From IMG/VR virus record IMGVR_UViG_3300037361_000044, positions 126,299 to 190,298 of that record: 64,000 bases of DNA. One strand, 5' to 3'. A model generated the notes under the pieces. That model was not told the DNA's origin. It did no database searches and saw only the letters and a program-made list of their open reading frames with translations. The first letter of the stretch is position 1; each line of letters opens with the position of its first letter. Below are positions 27,295 through 36,929 of the stretch, in pieces. Made by a program: the position numbers and the translations under genes. Source of the DNA: a virus (Duplodnaviria; Caudoviricetes).

Positions 27295-29130
27295 ATGGCT
27301 GCCGCTGAAAGGTTTACTGAGGACTACTCGGAGCACCCGGACGACTCTGGTGCAGAGGGTACCCCACTTTCTGATGAAGAGCTACAACGCCTGGCCGAGC
27401 TCGATAGGTGGGTGCCGGAGGCCGAGGAGTACTTGGACCTCTGCACGGATGACGACCCGTACAAGTTCCTCCGGGACGGTGACGCTCCGGTAATCCTCCC
27501 GTCTAGCTTCACTGAGTACGCCTTCTGGATGCCCACGAGCAACGGCTACGAGCAGTTCTCGTTCGAGGGGCGTCATCATCTGCGGCAGGTCTACGACACC
27601 CCACGGCGTCGTGTATTGCTCATGTGCGGTCGTCAGGTCGAGAAGTCCACACTTCTTGGCAACAGGGCTTTGGCCTTGGGGTGTCTCATCCCCGCCTACA
27701 AGACCCTTTATGTTAGCCCCTCGGCAACGCAAACCAAGACGTTCTCTAACGACCGTGTGAAGGATCCTATCGAGACCAGCCCTGTGCTGCGGGCCTTCAC
27801 GAACCGCATGCTGTCGCAGAACGTTTTCGAGAAGCAGTTCATCAACCGCTCGAAGATCACACTGCGTTACGCCTTCCTCAACGCTGACCGCGCGCGCGGT
27901 ATCCCAGCCAACCAGCTCCTCATCGACGAAATCCAGGACATCCTATCGGACAACATCCCGGTCATCGAGCAGTGCTTGTTCCACTCCCCCGAGGAGCTGA
28001 AGCGGTTCGTCTACTCAGGGACGCCCAAGACCCTGGACAACGTGATCGAGGATTATTGGAGCAACCGTTCCACGCAGAACCAGTGGGTGGTGCCCTGTGA
28101 CTGCACGGGCGGGGAAGCGGGCCGTTACTGGAACATCCTTGGCGAGAAGAACATCGGCAAGAAGCACCTGATCTGCGAGCACTGCGGCAAGCAGATCTTT
28201 CCAATGGGTCCAGCCTCACAGTGGGCCAGCGCCGTGGAGTACGACCCGGTTCATACGCCCTTCGAGGGGTACCGCATCCCCCAGCTCATGGTCCCGTGGC
28301 TGGACTACAACGAGCTGCTCTACAACTACAACAGCTACTCCCGCAACAAGTTCTACAACGAGACGTTGGGTATTTCCTTCGATAGCGGGTTGCGGCCGCT
28401 CACGAAAGCGCAGGTTCGCTCGAATTGCATCGAGACCATTCACATGGCGGATGCGGACAAGTACCAGAAGCTGTCCTTCAGCCAGCCTATCTTTGCTGGA
28501 ATCGACTGGGGCACAGGCGAGAACACGTACACGGTGCTCTCCCTGGGCATGTACATTCGGAACAAGTTTCGGATCTTCTATGTGCACAGGTTCACAGGAG
28601 AGGACATCGAGCCAGATCGGCAGCAGGAGAAGATTCGAGATATTCTACGCACGTTCAATGTGCGCATCATCGGCGCCGACTATGGTGGCGGCTACTATCC
28701 CAACGACTACTTGACCCGCCAGTTTGGCCCAGACCGGCTGATGAAGTACCAGTACGTGGCCAGGCTCACGTCGAAAGTACGCTGGGAGAACAAGTTGCGG
28801 CGTTGGATGGTGCACCGCTCAGAGGTGATGAGTGCCATCTTCAATGCCATCAAGCGTGGCAATGTATTTGAGTTTCCACGTTGGGCTGAGTTCAATGACC
28901 CGTACGGCCAGGACATGCTCAACATCTTCAGCGAATACAACGAGAAGCTGCGCATGATTCAGTACGGGCACACCGCAGGAAAGACGGACGATACATTTCA
29001 CTCCATCCTGTACTGCTTCCTGGCTTCCATGGTCATGCGTCCACGCCCGGACATCATCGCCCCTGGCAAGGAGGCCGAGGGGGTTGGCCCCGTCTGGAGT
29101 TCGTACTCGGGGCCTGTTGACCAGGGTTGA
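27295..29130 (+). CDS. terL: Terminase large subunit (lambda gpA-like)
   Basis: GRQVEKST Walker A variant, LLIDEIQD, YSGTP, CDC/CEHC, FAGIDWG nuclease motif, DDTFHS. Confidence 0.92.
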   Translation: MAAAERFTEDYSEHPDDSGAEGTPLSDEELQRLAELDRWVPEAEEYLDLCTDDDPYKFLRDGDAPVILPSSFTEYAFWMPTSNGYEQFSFEGRHHLRQVYDTPRRRVLLMCGRQVEKSTLLGNRALALGCLIPAYKTLYVSPSATQTKTFSNDRVKDPIETSPVLRAFTNRMLSQNVFEKQFINRSKITLRYAFLNADRARGIPANQLLIDEIQDILSDNIPVIEQCLFHSPEELKRFVYSGTPKTLDNVIEDYWSNRSTQNQWVVPCDCTGGEAGRYWNILGEKNIGKKHLICEHCGKQIFPMGPASQWASAVEYDPVHTPFEGYRIPQLMVPWLDYNELLYNYNSYSRNKFYNETLGISFDSGLRPLTKAQVRSNCIETIHMADADKYQKLSFSQPIFAGIDWGTGENTYTVLSLGMYIRNKFRIFYVHRFTGEDIEPDRQQEKIRDILRTFNVRIIGADYGGGYYPNDYLTRQFGPDRLMKYQYVARLTSKVRWENKLRRWMVHRSEVMSAIFNAIKRGNVFEFPRWAEFNDPYGQDMLNIFSEYNEKLRMIQYGHTAGKTDDTFHSILYCFLASMVMRPRPDIIAPGKEAEGVGPVWSSYSGPVDQG

Positions 29131-29159
29131 CGCCATACTGGTAGAAGCTAGTATGGTGT
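29130..29159 (+). promoter_or_regulatory. 12-bp hairpin ending 1 nt before the HNH start codon
   Basis: ACGCCATACTGG-TAGAAG-CTAGTATGGTGT; overlaps TTGACG-N16-TAGTAT. Confidence 0.55.
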
Positions 29160-29840
29160 ATGCCTTCAAGGAAGTGTTGCCCAACTTGTAACCGTCCATA
29201 CCCAGTGCTGCCAAAGCGTGCCTGTCTTGTCTGTAAGGAGCCGTTCAGCCCATCAGGTGTCACCAACGTCTGCTGCTCTAGGGAGTGTCAGCGCAAACAC
29301 AAAGGAAGCTTTGCCGAGCGGTTTTGGGCACGCGTCAACAAGCATGGGTTAGTTGCAGACGGAATGAAAACGAGCTGCTGGCTATGGACCGGCAGGCTAG
29401 AGAAAAATGGATACGCTAGGGTGAAGCGTGCAGATTCGAGGCAGCAAGTGTCTGTGCATCGTGCCGCTTGGGAACTACTGCACGGTGAGGTACCAGCTGG
29501 CATGTTCGTGTTGCATGAGTGTGACGTGCGCCATTGCGTTCGACATCTGTCCCTGGGTACGCACCAAGACAACATGAATGACATGTTCCGTAAAGGCAGG
29601 GCACGCAAAGCACAAGGGGCTAGGCACGGCCATGCAAAGCTTACGCCTCAGCAGGTTATAGACATTGTCCGACGTCGGCTGTCTGGTGATACCCCGCGCG
29701 AACTAGCAACTGCTTATGGGGTCTGCGAAGCGCAGATAGGCAGGATTTGCACAGGCAAGCGTTGGAAGGAGGCGCTGGCAGGTCTGGGGACTTACGAGTA
29801 CATGCAGCGAGGGAAGAAGGTACAGGTCTCTTTTGGCTAA
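29160..29840 (+). CDS. HNH homing endonuclease, possibly degenerate
   Basis: ERFWARV, CWLWTG, VHRAAW, VLHECD..CVRHLSLGTHQDN, C-terminal AKLT..V..I HTH. Confidence 0.85.
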   Translation: MPSRKCCPTCNRPYPVLPKRACLVCKEPFSPSGVTNVCCSRECQRKHKGSFAERFWARVNKHGLVADGMKTSCWLWTGRLEKNGYARVKRADSRQQVSVHRAAWELLHGEVPAGMFVLHECDVRHCVRHLSLGTHQDNMNDMFRKGRARKAQGARHGHAKLTPQQVIDIVRRRLSGDTPRELATAYGVCEAQIGRICTGKRWKEALAGLGTYEYMQRGKKVQVSFG

Positions 29841-29880
29841 TAGGGGGCTACGAGAAAGGGGAGTTTTACTCCCCCTTCTT
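29840..29880. terminator. Terminator-like hairpin; minus strand hairpin-TTTCTCG-TAGCCCCC
   Basis: GGGGAGT-TTT-ACTCCCC; flank near-identical to 10003-10020. Confidence 0.75.
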
Positions 29881-30146
29881 CACTCAGCCGCGCGCCGCGT
29901 CTTCAGCGCTTTCTCTACTTCGTCGTAGCCCAGCACCACTGGCCAGGCGACAGCTGAGAAGCCAATGAGTCCAATAAACGCAGCGTTGGCCACGATTGCC
30001 AGCTGCCGTTCGGATAGCGGGTTGTCCTCTGTCACCGCGGCAATGAGCACGTCGGCAGTCCAGCGTGATCGTTTTACTTCTTGGTAGGCGTTGTAACCAA
30101 CTACTGCACCCATCGCTACGTAGGCTGTTGTCAATAGAAAGCTCAT
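29880..30146 (-). CDS. Small two-TM membrane protein
   Basis: Two hydrophobic segments; GGAGG RBS. Confidence 0.72.
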   Translation of the reverse strand: MSFLLTTAYVAMGAVVGYNAYQEVKRSRWTADVLIAAVTEDNPLSERQLAIVANAAFIGLIGFSAVAWPVVLGYDEVEKALKTRRAAE

Positions 30147-30907
30147 GGCGTTCCTCCACTACTCTCCTTATCCCCGAAATCGTCGTGGATTTGAGACAAC
30201 GCCAAGGAAATTCTTCGAGGGTAGAGTTGGGAGATGACCTCGTCGGTCACGGCCTTATCCACGAATAGGGCATCGGCCATGCGCTGACCACGTCTCTCCA
30301 GCACGTAGAAATAGGCCACGTGCCGCAGGCTTTTACGAGCAGCCTCGAGGCACGAGTAAGCAAAGGGTAGACTCATGTCACGCAACTTGCTTGGGCGGTC
30401 CGCCAAGCGATTGGCGAGTTGCATGTAGATCTCCCAAGGACTCGAGTAGTCCGTGATGTCCTCCAGCAGCCGCAGGTAGGACTCGTCTATTGCGTTGATA
30501 ATGGTGGCCCACTCCAGAATCTGGTCGGCGGGCACCCGGCTTAGATCCGACAACAGCAGCTCGTACGCCTGCGCGTGGATCTGGAACATGCTTTCCTGCT
30601 CATAGGCCAGGCGCCTGTTGTCCAGCCCCAGCAGCTGGCAGAGCATGGAGAGCCGGTCGGCGACTGAGCTACTGAGGGCCGCGGCCTGCCTGGCTAGGTG
30701 CGCCACGGATGGCATGTCCATGGTCCGTCCGCGCAGTTCGAGTATTGCCCGGATGTCGGCGGGGTCGTAGAGGGAGTCGATGACGTGCTTCCCGCGGAAA
30801 GCTGGGCGCAGCTTGCCTTGGCGAACCAGTGCGGTGAGCCAGCGGGGGGTTACACCCAGCTGCTTGGCTGCAGCCTTGTGCGTGAGTAGCTTAGGATTCC
30901 TTCCCAT
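30143..30907 (-). CDS. HTH (excisionase/MerR-like) DNA-binding protein
   Basis: LLTHKAAAKQLGVTPRWLTALVRQGKL...YDPADI; likely start ATG 30907. Confidence 0.75.
   Translation of the reverse strand: MGRNPKLLTHKAAAKQLGVTPRWLTALVRQGKLRPAFRGKHVIDSLYDPADIRAILELRGRTMDMPSVAHLARQAAALSSSVADRLSMLCQLLGLDNRRLAYEQESMFQIHAQAYELLLSDLSRVPADQILEWATIINAIDESYLRLLEDITDYSSPWEIYMQLANRLADRPSKLRDMSLPFAYSCLEAARKSLRHVAYFYVLERRGQRMADALFVDKAVTDEVISQLYPRRISLALSQIHDDFGDKESSGGTP
30167..30193 (-). promoter_or_regulatory. Putative phage promoter CAA-N19-ATAAG
   Basis: Minus strand CAAATCCACGACGATTTCGGGGATAAG, 20 nt upstream of the 30146 start. Confidence 0.6.
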
Positions 30908-30942
30908 GGGCTGATTCGCATGGTACTTCTTACAAGGAAACG

Positions 30943-32277
30943 ATGAAAGGGCCAGCCATGAATGACTCACCCATGCAGACCATGCTGCAGCAACGCGACG
31001 CCCGCCCCATCCCCGGCGAGCACCTGGAAGTACTAGGCAAGCGCGCTGCCACAAGCTGGGTCACCGGTAAGTGCGCGTCGCTGCATGAGGCAGTTGTGGC
31101 GTCGGTCCACTCCGAGCGGCTTTCCCCCGAGCAGGTACGCCGAGTGGTTGAGTTTGCAAACCAGGATGCATACCAGCAGGAATTCCGCAAAGAAGGGCAG
31201 CACAAGGTGGTTCATTTCGATTGCGGACCGGCGGATCCGGCGCAGGTTCTCCAAGACTTGAATGACGGCGGAGGTGGGTCGGTGTACGATCAGGGCAACC
31301 TGGACTACAGGATGTCCCCATCCATGGCAAAATCCGCGTCACTCAGCCGTACCCCGACCACGTCCATGGACAAGACCGCTTCCGCCGCATCAGAAGAGCC
31401 AGCGGTGCCGGGCTTGCCCAAACTAACCAAGCTCCCCAGTTTGCCCAAGCTGGCATCGGAGTCCCCTTACGAGGACCAGCTCTGGGGCCTGTTTGGCGCC
31501 GAGTCTCCTTCGGTGCTCCCCATGGCGGAGCCCATGGGCCCGCTGATGGAGGTTCGTCACAAGCTGGCTGGCGTTCACAACGAGCTCGTACACGAAGTCA
31601 ACAAGCTCGAGCTCGACTACGTCGAGGTCAGCAAGGACCTGTACCACTCGGTGAAGCAGGCCTCGTTGGAAGGACACCCGCTGGGGGACATCGTCGCGGC
31701 CTGGGCTACGGTCAACACCGACCCGGTGTACGTGAAGGTGGCCTTCCAGCTACTGTCGCCTCAGCTCCGCAGAGACGGCGTGTTCGACAGTCTTGAGGCC
31801 ATCGGAGAGTCCCTGCAGAAGCAGGCATCGGTGGGCACCCCCAACCCGGAGCATCCCCTGGTGCAAGCTTACGGGGACTTCGTTGCCACACTGAACAAGC
31901 TGGCAACTGCTCGCGCGCTGATGGGTGAGTACGCAGAGGGCTTGGAGTCCGCCGACTTGCTGCTGAAACAGGCAGCTGGAGGGTTGGTTGGTGCCGTGGG
32001 AAAAGGGTTGTCCGCGGCCAGCAAGGGGATTGATACCGCGGCAAAGCCGGTAGCTCACATGCTGGTTGGTGGAAAAGACGCCAAGAAGTTGGCACCACTT
32101 TTGGCCAAAGGTACCAAGCTCACAGGCGGTGCTGCCGCGTTGCTGGCCGGTAACGCTGCTGTCCAAAACGTGACGGACCGTCCCGCTGTGCGTAGCGCAG
32201 TGCAGGCGGCGCAGAAGGTGGTACCTGGCACGGCCGCGTACAACGAGCGCCGCTACCGCAACCAGATGGGAATGTAA
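30943..32277 (+). CDS. Putative prohead core/internal head protein, K-x-A-rich with amphipathic C-terminus
   Basis: At least 10 K-x-A motifs; C-terminal KQA|AGGLVGAVGKGLSAASKG. Confidence 0.6.
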   Translation: MKGPAMNDSPMQTMLQQRDARPIPGEHLEVLGKRAATSWVTGKCASLHEAVVASVHSERLSPEQVRRVVEFANQDAYQQEFRKEGQHKVVHFDCGPADPAQVLQDLNDGGGGSVYDQGNLDYRMSPSMAKSASLSRTPTTSMDKTASAASEEPAVPGLPKLTKLPSLPKLASESPYEDQLWGLFGAESPSVLPMAEPMGPLMEVRHKLAGVHNELVHEVNKLELDYVEVSKDLYHSVKQASLEGHPLGDIVAAWATVNTDPVYVKVAFQLLSPQLRRDGVFDSLEAIGESLQKQASVGTPNPEHPLVQAYGDFVATLNKLATARALMGEYAEGLESADLLLKQAAGGLVGAVGKGLSAASKGIDTAAKPVAHMLVGGKDAKKLAPLLAKGTKLTGGAAALLAGNAAVQNVTDRPAVRSAVQAAQKVVPGTAAYNERRYRNQMGM

Positions 32278-32278
32278 G

Positions 32279-32869
32279 ATGACGAACCCAGCAGAAAAGT
32301 TCTTGGTAGAGAAGCGAGCGTTTGGTTTAGGCGGGGCTGCCAACGCGGCAAAGAGCGTGGGTCGCGCTGTCAAACCCTTCGGGCAAGCTGCTGGTATGGC
32401 CATGGCCGGTGGCGTTGGTGCCGCTGGCTTTGCCGGTCTGGTTGGTGCCGCTGGCAAGCTGTTTACGGCTGCCACGAAGTCTCGAGACTTTCGGGCAATG
32501 CTCGAAGCCAACCCGGATCTGAAGGAGCACCAGAAGATGGACCCCGGTGGGTTCAATCGCATGTACTCGTCCCTGCACACCATGGCTCCGGAGTTTGCCA
32601 AAGAGCCCATGGTTGCTGGCTACTACATGCGGCAAGGCATGGAGGCCCCGCTTGAGGGGCGTGGTCAGGTCGCTGTGCAGGCGATGAACGCGCGCAAGCC
32701 CCAGCAGATGGGACCGGTCTCGGATATGGCTCTGCAGGGCTACATGCGTAGCATGGGTGGCAAACCAGACGGCGGTAAGCAGCTGCTCCGCGGGCAGACG
32801 AAGACCACATACGCGCCGGGTGATGAGGGTGTGGTTCAACGCGTAGAGACTACCGACAACCACTACTGA
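32279..32869 (+). CDS. Putative internal head protein with glycine-zipper segment
   Basis: FLVEKRA|FGLGG...AGGVGAAGFAGLVG. Confidence 0.6.
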   Translation: MTNPAEKFLVEKRAFGLGGAANAAKSVGRAVKPFGQAAGMAMAGGVGAAGFAGLVGAAGKLFTAATKSRDFRAMLEANPDLKEHQKMDPGGFNRMYSSLHTMAPEFAKEPMVAGYYMRQGMEAPLEGRGQVAVQAMNARKPQQMGPVSDMALQGYMRSMGGKPDGGKQLLRGQTKTTYAPGDEGVVQRVETTDNHY

Positions 32870-32870
32870 C

Positions 32871-34586
32871 ATGATCAAGGTCAGCCTCTTTCAAGGTAGC
32901 GAGGAGTACGGTCCAGCAGCGGTACCGCTCTTTGGCGCGGCAGACAGCTACTTCGAAAAGGTAGCTTCTGCCTCGTTGCTACCGGAGGTGTCGACGTACA
33001 TAGCCCAGTTGCAGCCACGTAACGACTCGCAGTACGTCTTGGTCAACGCCATGGGCGCTGGCGAGTACTACGGGTCGAACGTCAACGGCGACCGCTTCTC
33101 CGAAGAAGCCCTGATCCATTCGCCAAACGATTGGAAGGGCATCCCCGTCTACGACAAGGTGAAGTCTGCGGACTGGGCCTACGGGTTTCCGACCTTCTAT
33201 GGGGCGCATGTATTCCCTCATCATCGCAACAAGGACGCCAAGCGTGCCCTTGGTTTCGTTGAACTAGCCGCTTGGAACCCGCACATGAAGCGGGTCGAGC
33301 TTGTGACAAGGCTGGACAACGCGCTGTGTTTGAAGTTCGGCGGTGAGGGCATCTGGGACAAGCTCAAGGCTGGCATGTTCCCTGACGTCAGCATGGGAAC
33401 GAAGGTACCCTTCGACACCTGCTCGATCACGCTGGACAAGGAGCTCTACTACAAGGCTTGGGCGACGTACGACCCCAAGAAGCACAAGAGCCCAGGCGAG
33501 GCCATCCTCGAGTACCACAAGAAGCTCAAGGCCAAGGACGGCGTCGGCATTCGTGGTGTCAGCATCACACGCGCTGATTACTCCAAGTACGCGCGCACCC
33601 GTATGAACTTCATCCTCCCAGATGGCCGCAAGGTCTGGGTGGACAACGACTTCCCTAAGTTCTTCGACCTCAGCTATGTCTTCATGGGCGCTGACCGCAT
33701 AGCCAAGGCCATGCTGAAGATCGCAGACGCGGGGCGGGTCTACTACTTCATGGGCTCCGCCGAGCTGGCTGAGAAGCTGGGGATGTCGGACGATGACGAC
33801 GTGCAGGAGAAGACCGCAGCGAGTAAGCAGGCCACTCCCAAGTCTGCCGAGATGAACAAGGAAGTCATCCCCAACCAGCTCGCGGGGAAAGCCGTCCCCC
33901 TGTTGACGGCAAACGAGCCAGACCTGCCGCAGGATGTGCTCGGCGCCATGGGGGCTGCCGGGCTTGACTCGGCCCTGACTACTTCGGCAGGCCTAGGCAT
34001 GGTCCTTCGTCCACGGGAGTTCCAGCGCATTACCCTCATCTGCCTGGGAAAGCGCGACGTTGCGGACCAACTGGATGCCTTAGGTCAGGTTTTCCCCAAG
34101 GTGGAGGAGCGGGATCCGCTGCCCATGGAGGGGAGTAGCTTCAGCCCCGGGCTGGCCAGCATCCTGGCACCGCTGCTGGGGGACCGCTCCGCGTTCGGAC
34201 CCGTCATCGAGCGGCGGGTTGTGGTTGTAGCCGGCACAACCCCCAAGGATACGAAGAAGGACACTTCCCATTCCTCTGAGCTTCTCCGTAAGATTGGAGC
34301 GGCCTACAACGGCTACCGAGACAGCCTCATGCAGTTTGTACCAGAAGCACAGGACTTGATCGAAGCGTCCACATCGCCTAGCGATGCTACGCTACGCAAG
34401 CTTGCTGGAGTACCTGCTGAGGAACTTTTTACACCACTGTCCGTCCAGTACCTAACTCATGCCTTCCTGGATGAGCTTGGAACTCCGGATCAAGAGGTGG
34501 TAAAACATGCACACGCCAGCGTGCAGAGGGTACTCCCCTTGGCGACCACGCAGCATCAACAACGAGTAGGAGTATTGCAATCATGA
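32871..34586 (+). CDS. Prohead maturation protease (HK97/assemblin-like serine protease)
   Basis: SNVNGDRF, TFYGAHVFPHHRN, VSMGTKV..DTCS, FFDLSYVFMGAD; upstream of scaffold and capsid genes. Confidence 0.78.
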   Translation: MIKVSLFQGSEEYGPAAVPLFGAADSYFEKVASASLLPEVSTYIAQLQPRNDSQYVLVNAMGAGEYYGSNVNGDRFSEEALIHSPNDWKGIPVYDKVKSADWAYGFPTFYGAHVFPHHRNKDAKRALGFVELAAWNPHMKRVELVTRLDNALCLKFGGEGIWDKLKAGMFPDVSMGTKVPFDTCSITLDKELYYKAWATYDPKKHKSPGEAILEYHKKLKAKDGVGIRGVSITRADYSKYARTRMNFILPDGRKVWVDNDFPKFFDLSYVFMGADRIAKAMLKIADAGRVYYFMGSAELAEKLGMSDDDDVQEKTAASKQATPKSAEMNKEVIPNQLAGKAVPLLTANEPDLPQDVLGAMGAAGLDSALTTSAGLGMVLRPREFQRITLICLGKRDVADQLDALGQVFPKVEERDPLPMEGSSFSPGLASILAPLLGDRSAFGPVIERRVVVVAGTTPKDTKKDTSHSSELLRKIGAAYNGYRDSLMQFVPEAQDLIEASTSPSDATLRKLAGVPAEELFTPLSVQYLTHAFLDELGTPDQEVVKHAHASVQRVLPLATTQHQQRVGVLQS

Positions 34587-35356
34587 CCGCACCTGGAATG
34601 AATTCCCTGTTGTCCGAGGTTTACGGAAACCAGACGCACACCAACGAAGACCTCTCCAAGGAAGCGAACCTTCAGTTCTTTGCACAGCTCTGTGAGCACC
34701 ATGCCATCGACTGCGAAAAGCTGAGCGAGCCCGAGATCGCTGACCTCTTCAAGGTTGCCATGGATCTCAAGCAGGCGGCTGAGGAAGAGTCTGCCAAGGA
34801 AGAGGCCAAGGAAGAGGGCGGCAAGAAGAATCTTGCCCCGCCCTTCGGCAAGCACGAAGCTGGCGAGAGCAAAGAGAAGGAAGACAAAGAGGAGAAGAAG
34901 AAAGAAGCTGCTGTTGCGGAGTGGAATGAGAAGCGCGCGGCACACGTCAAGGTAGCGGAAGCGGATGCCACCGGTCGCATCATGGCGCACGCCCTGGTCG
35001 ACGAGCTTCGCAAGATCGCCGCCGCGCAAGAAGCGGAAGCCTCCGCTCCCAACCCTGCTGAGAAGGCAGCTTCTGTAATTGCCGCAGCACAAGCCAAGAC
35101 GGCAGCCGCAACGCCCACCACGAACTCGGCGACGCCGAACTTCGATGAGTTGGCAGCCGTGCACGCTATCGACATGCTCAAGCAAGCGGGTCAGGACGGG
35201 GACGTGGCGCAAGCCCGTGTTTCCGCGGTCTTCACCCTAGGCCTGCAAGAGAGTGCCAAGACCGCTGCGGCATCCACTCCGGACGCCGCGCTCACCCTGC
35301 GTGCTTTGGAGTTCTGCGAGGCTGCCGGTTACCCGGTGGACTGGACCAAGGCGTAA
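34583..35356 (+). CDS. Putative scaffold protein, K-x-A-rich
   Basis: Helical, charged, at least 10 K-x-A; between protease and MCP. Confidence 0.6.
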   Translation: MTAPGMNSLLSEVYGNQTHTNEDLSKEANLQFFAQLCEHHAIDCEKLSEPEIADLFKVAMDLKQAAEEESAKEEAKEEGGKKNLAPPFGKHEAGESKEKEDKEEKKKEAAVAEWNEKRAAHVKVAEADATGRIMAHALVDELRKIAAAQEAEASAPNPAEKAASVIAAAQAKTAAATPTTNSATPNFDELAAVHAIDMLKQAGQDGDVAQARVSAVFTLGLQESAKTAAASTPDAALTLRALEFCEAAGYPVDWTKA

Positions 35357-35382
35357 GCCTCACGGACCAGGTGTGACGTAGG

Positions 35383-36915
35383 ATGGAGCTGTTCAGCCGT
35401 ATGCAAAAAGTCGCAGATGCCACATCGATACCTTTCGCCGACTCGGCGGCAGATACAGCTGCGGCAGCTCCACTCCCTGGCTTAGCGGTGGGTAACAAGC
35501 CCGCACCCGGTCAAACGGGACCTAAGGGCTTGGCTCCCCGCACCAACTACTCCCGCGTCAACACCGGGTCTCCGCTACAGGCAGACGCCGGGGCATCCTC
35601 CCAAAAGGGCATGCCACCCGACAACCAAAACTTTCTCCCTCCGAAAATTGCACACAGAGAGGTTCCTATGTCTGGAACGATGGCTCATCGACTCACGATT
35701 CACGAGATGGTCAAGGCTGCCGCAGTCGGCACCCTTGAGCAGGCTGCAGTGACGGTCGAAGCGGAGCGGCAGCTAGCCAATCTTGGCGAACCTACCGCAA
35801 CCTCCGTGAAGACTGCTTCTGCGGCTCCCTCCTTGGTCCCGAACTCCATACCTACCGATTACGTCGAGAAACTTGCAGGTGCCTGCGAGTATATGCTCGA
35901 CGAGCTTCGGGAGAAGGCGGCAGCGGATTCTGCCAACGGCCCCGGTAAGGGTCCGAACGCGCTTCAGGTCCTCGAGGCCACTTCCGAGAACAACGAGTTC
36001 AAGGACGGACATCAAGGGCAAGCAACTCCGGCGCACGTGGTCCCCAAGACCCCGGGTACGCACAAGCCCGCAGAGACCCCCGCGGGTCCCGCTACGGCAC
36101 TTGACACCAACGCAGCGGAAGCTGTCGGTGGTAAGCAGAAGGTCAGCTCTGTTACCGCTTCTGAGCTGCGTAAGGCGGCGGCCGACATCAAAGGTCTTGC
36201 TGGTAAGGCCATGAACGTAGTCAAGGCGCACCCCGCGGCGGCAGCCGGCGCAGCAGGCCTTGCTGGCGGCGCAGCGCTTGGTCGTATGTCGAAGAAAGCG
36301 GAGTTCCCCGCTGAGCTCTTCGCCAAGAAGGACGACAAGAAAGAGGACAAGAAGGACCCCAAGGACAAGGGCAAAGAGGAGCCTAAGGACAAGGGAGACG
36401 ACAAGGGCGAGAAGAAAGAAGCTTCTGCAGTCGATCCCCGCCTGGTAGACTACTTCTTGTCCATGACCAAGGCTGCAGAAGACGCCATCAACCCCGCGCA
36501 GATCTCCGCAGGAGCCGCAGTTCCTCCAGAGACTAGCGCTTCGGGTGAGTCCGGCGGCGCCCCTGCTGGTGGTCTTCCCCAAGGCCCTACCGGTCTTGTT
36601 GGCTCGAATGAGTCGGCAATCAACTACACCAAGGGGCAGGCGAAGGCCCAGGTGAAGCCGCAGCTGAGTGCGGTCCTAACCGAGCCGGCGCTCTCTGCCG
36701 CTCACGACACCACGCTTGGCAAGGCGTTCGACAACACTGGCGCTGCCGGTGTGAAGATCTCCTCGATGCGTTCTGCTGCAGCACGTGCTGTAGTGGAGAA
36801 GTTGGCAGAAGCTGAATGTGCCAAGACCGACCCCAAGGCGAAGAAGAAGGAGTCGGCGGGCATGGGCAACTTCCAAGCACCACCTGTCAGCGGCGCGGCC
36901 ACTGGCGCAATGTAA
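35383..36915 (+). CDS. Putative scaffold/internal head protein, K-x-A-rich, low complexity
   Basis: About 10 K-x-A; possible second start ATG 35668 with GAGG. Confidence 0.6.
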   Translation: MELFSRMQKVADATSIPFADSAADTAAAAPLPGLAVGNKPAPGQTGPKGLAPRTNYSRVNTGSPLQADAGASSQKGMPPDNQNFLPPKIAHREVPMSGTMAHRLTIHEMVKAAAVGTLEQAAVTVEAERQLANLGEPTATSVKTASAAPSLVPNSIPTDYVEKLAGACEYMLDELREKAAADSANGPGKGPNALQVLEATSENNEFKDGHQGQATPAHVVPKTPGTHKPAETPAGPATALDTNAAEAVGGKQKVSSVTASELRKAAADIKGLAGKAMNVVKAHPAAAAGAAGLAGGAALGRMSKKAEFPAELFAKKDDKKEDKKDPKDKGKEEPKDKGDDKGEKKEASAVDPRLVDYFLSMTKAAEDAINPAQISAGAAVPPETSASGESGGAPAGGLPQGPTGLVGSNESAINYTKGQAKAQVKPQLSAVLTEPALSAAHDTTLGKAFDNTGAAGVKISSMRSAAARAVVEKLAEAECAKTDPKAKKKESAGMGNFQAPPVSGAATGAM

Positions 36916-36929
36916 CGGAGACCCCCTCA

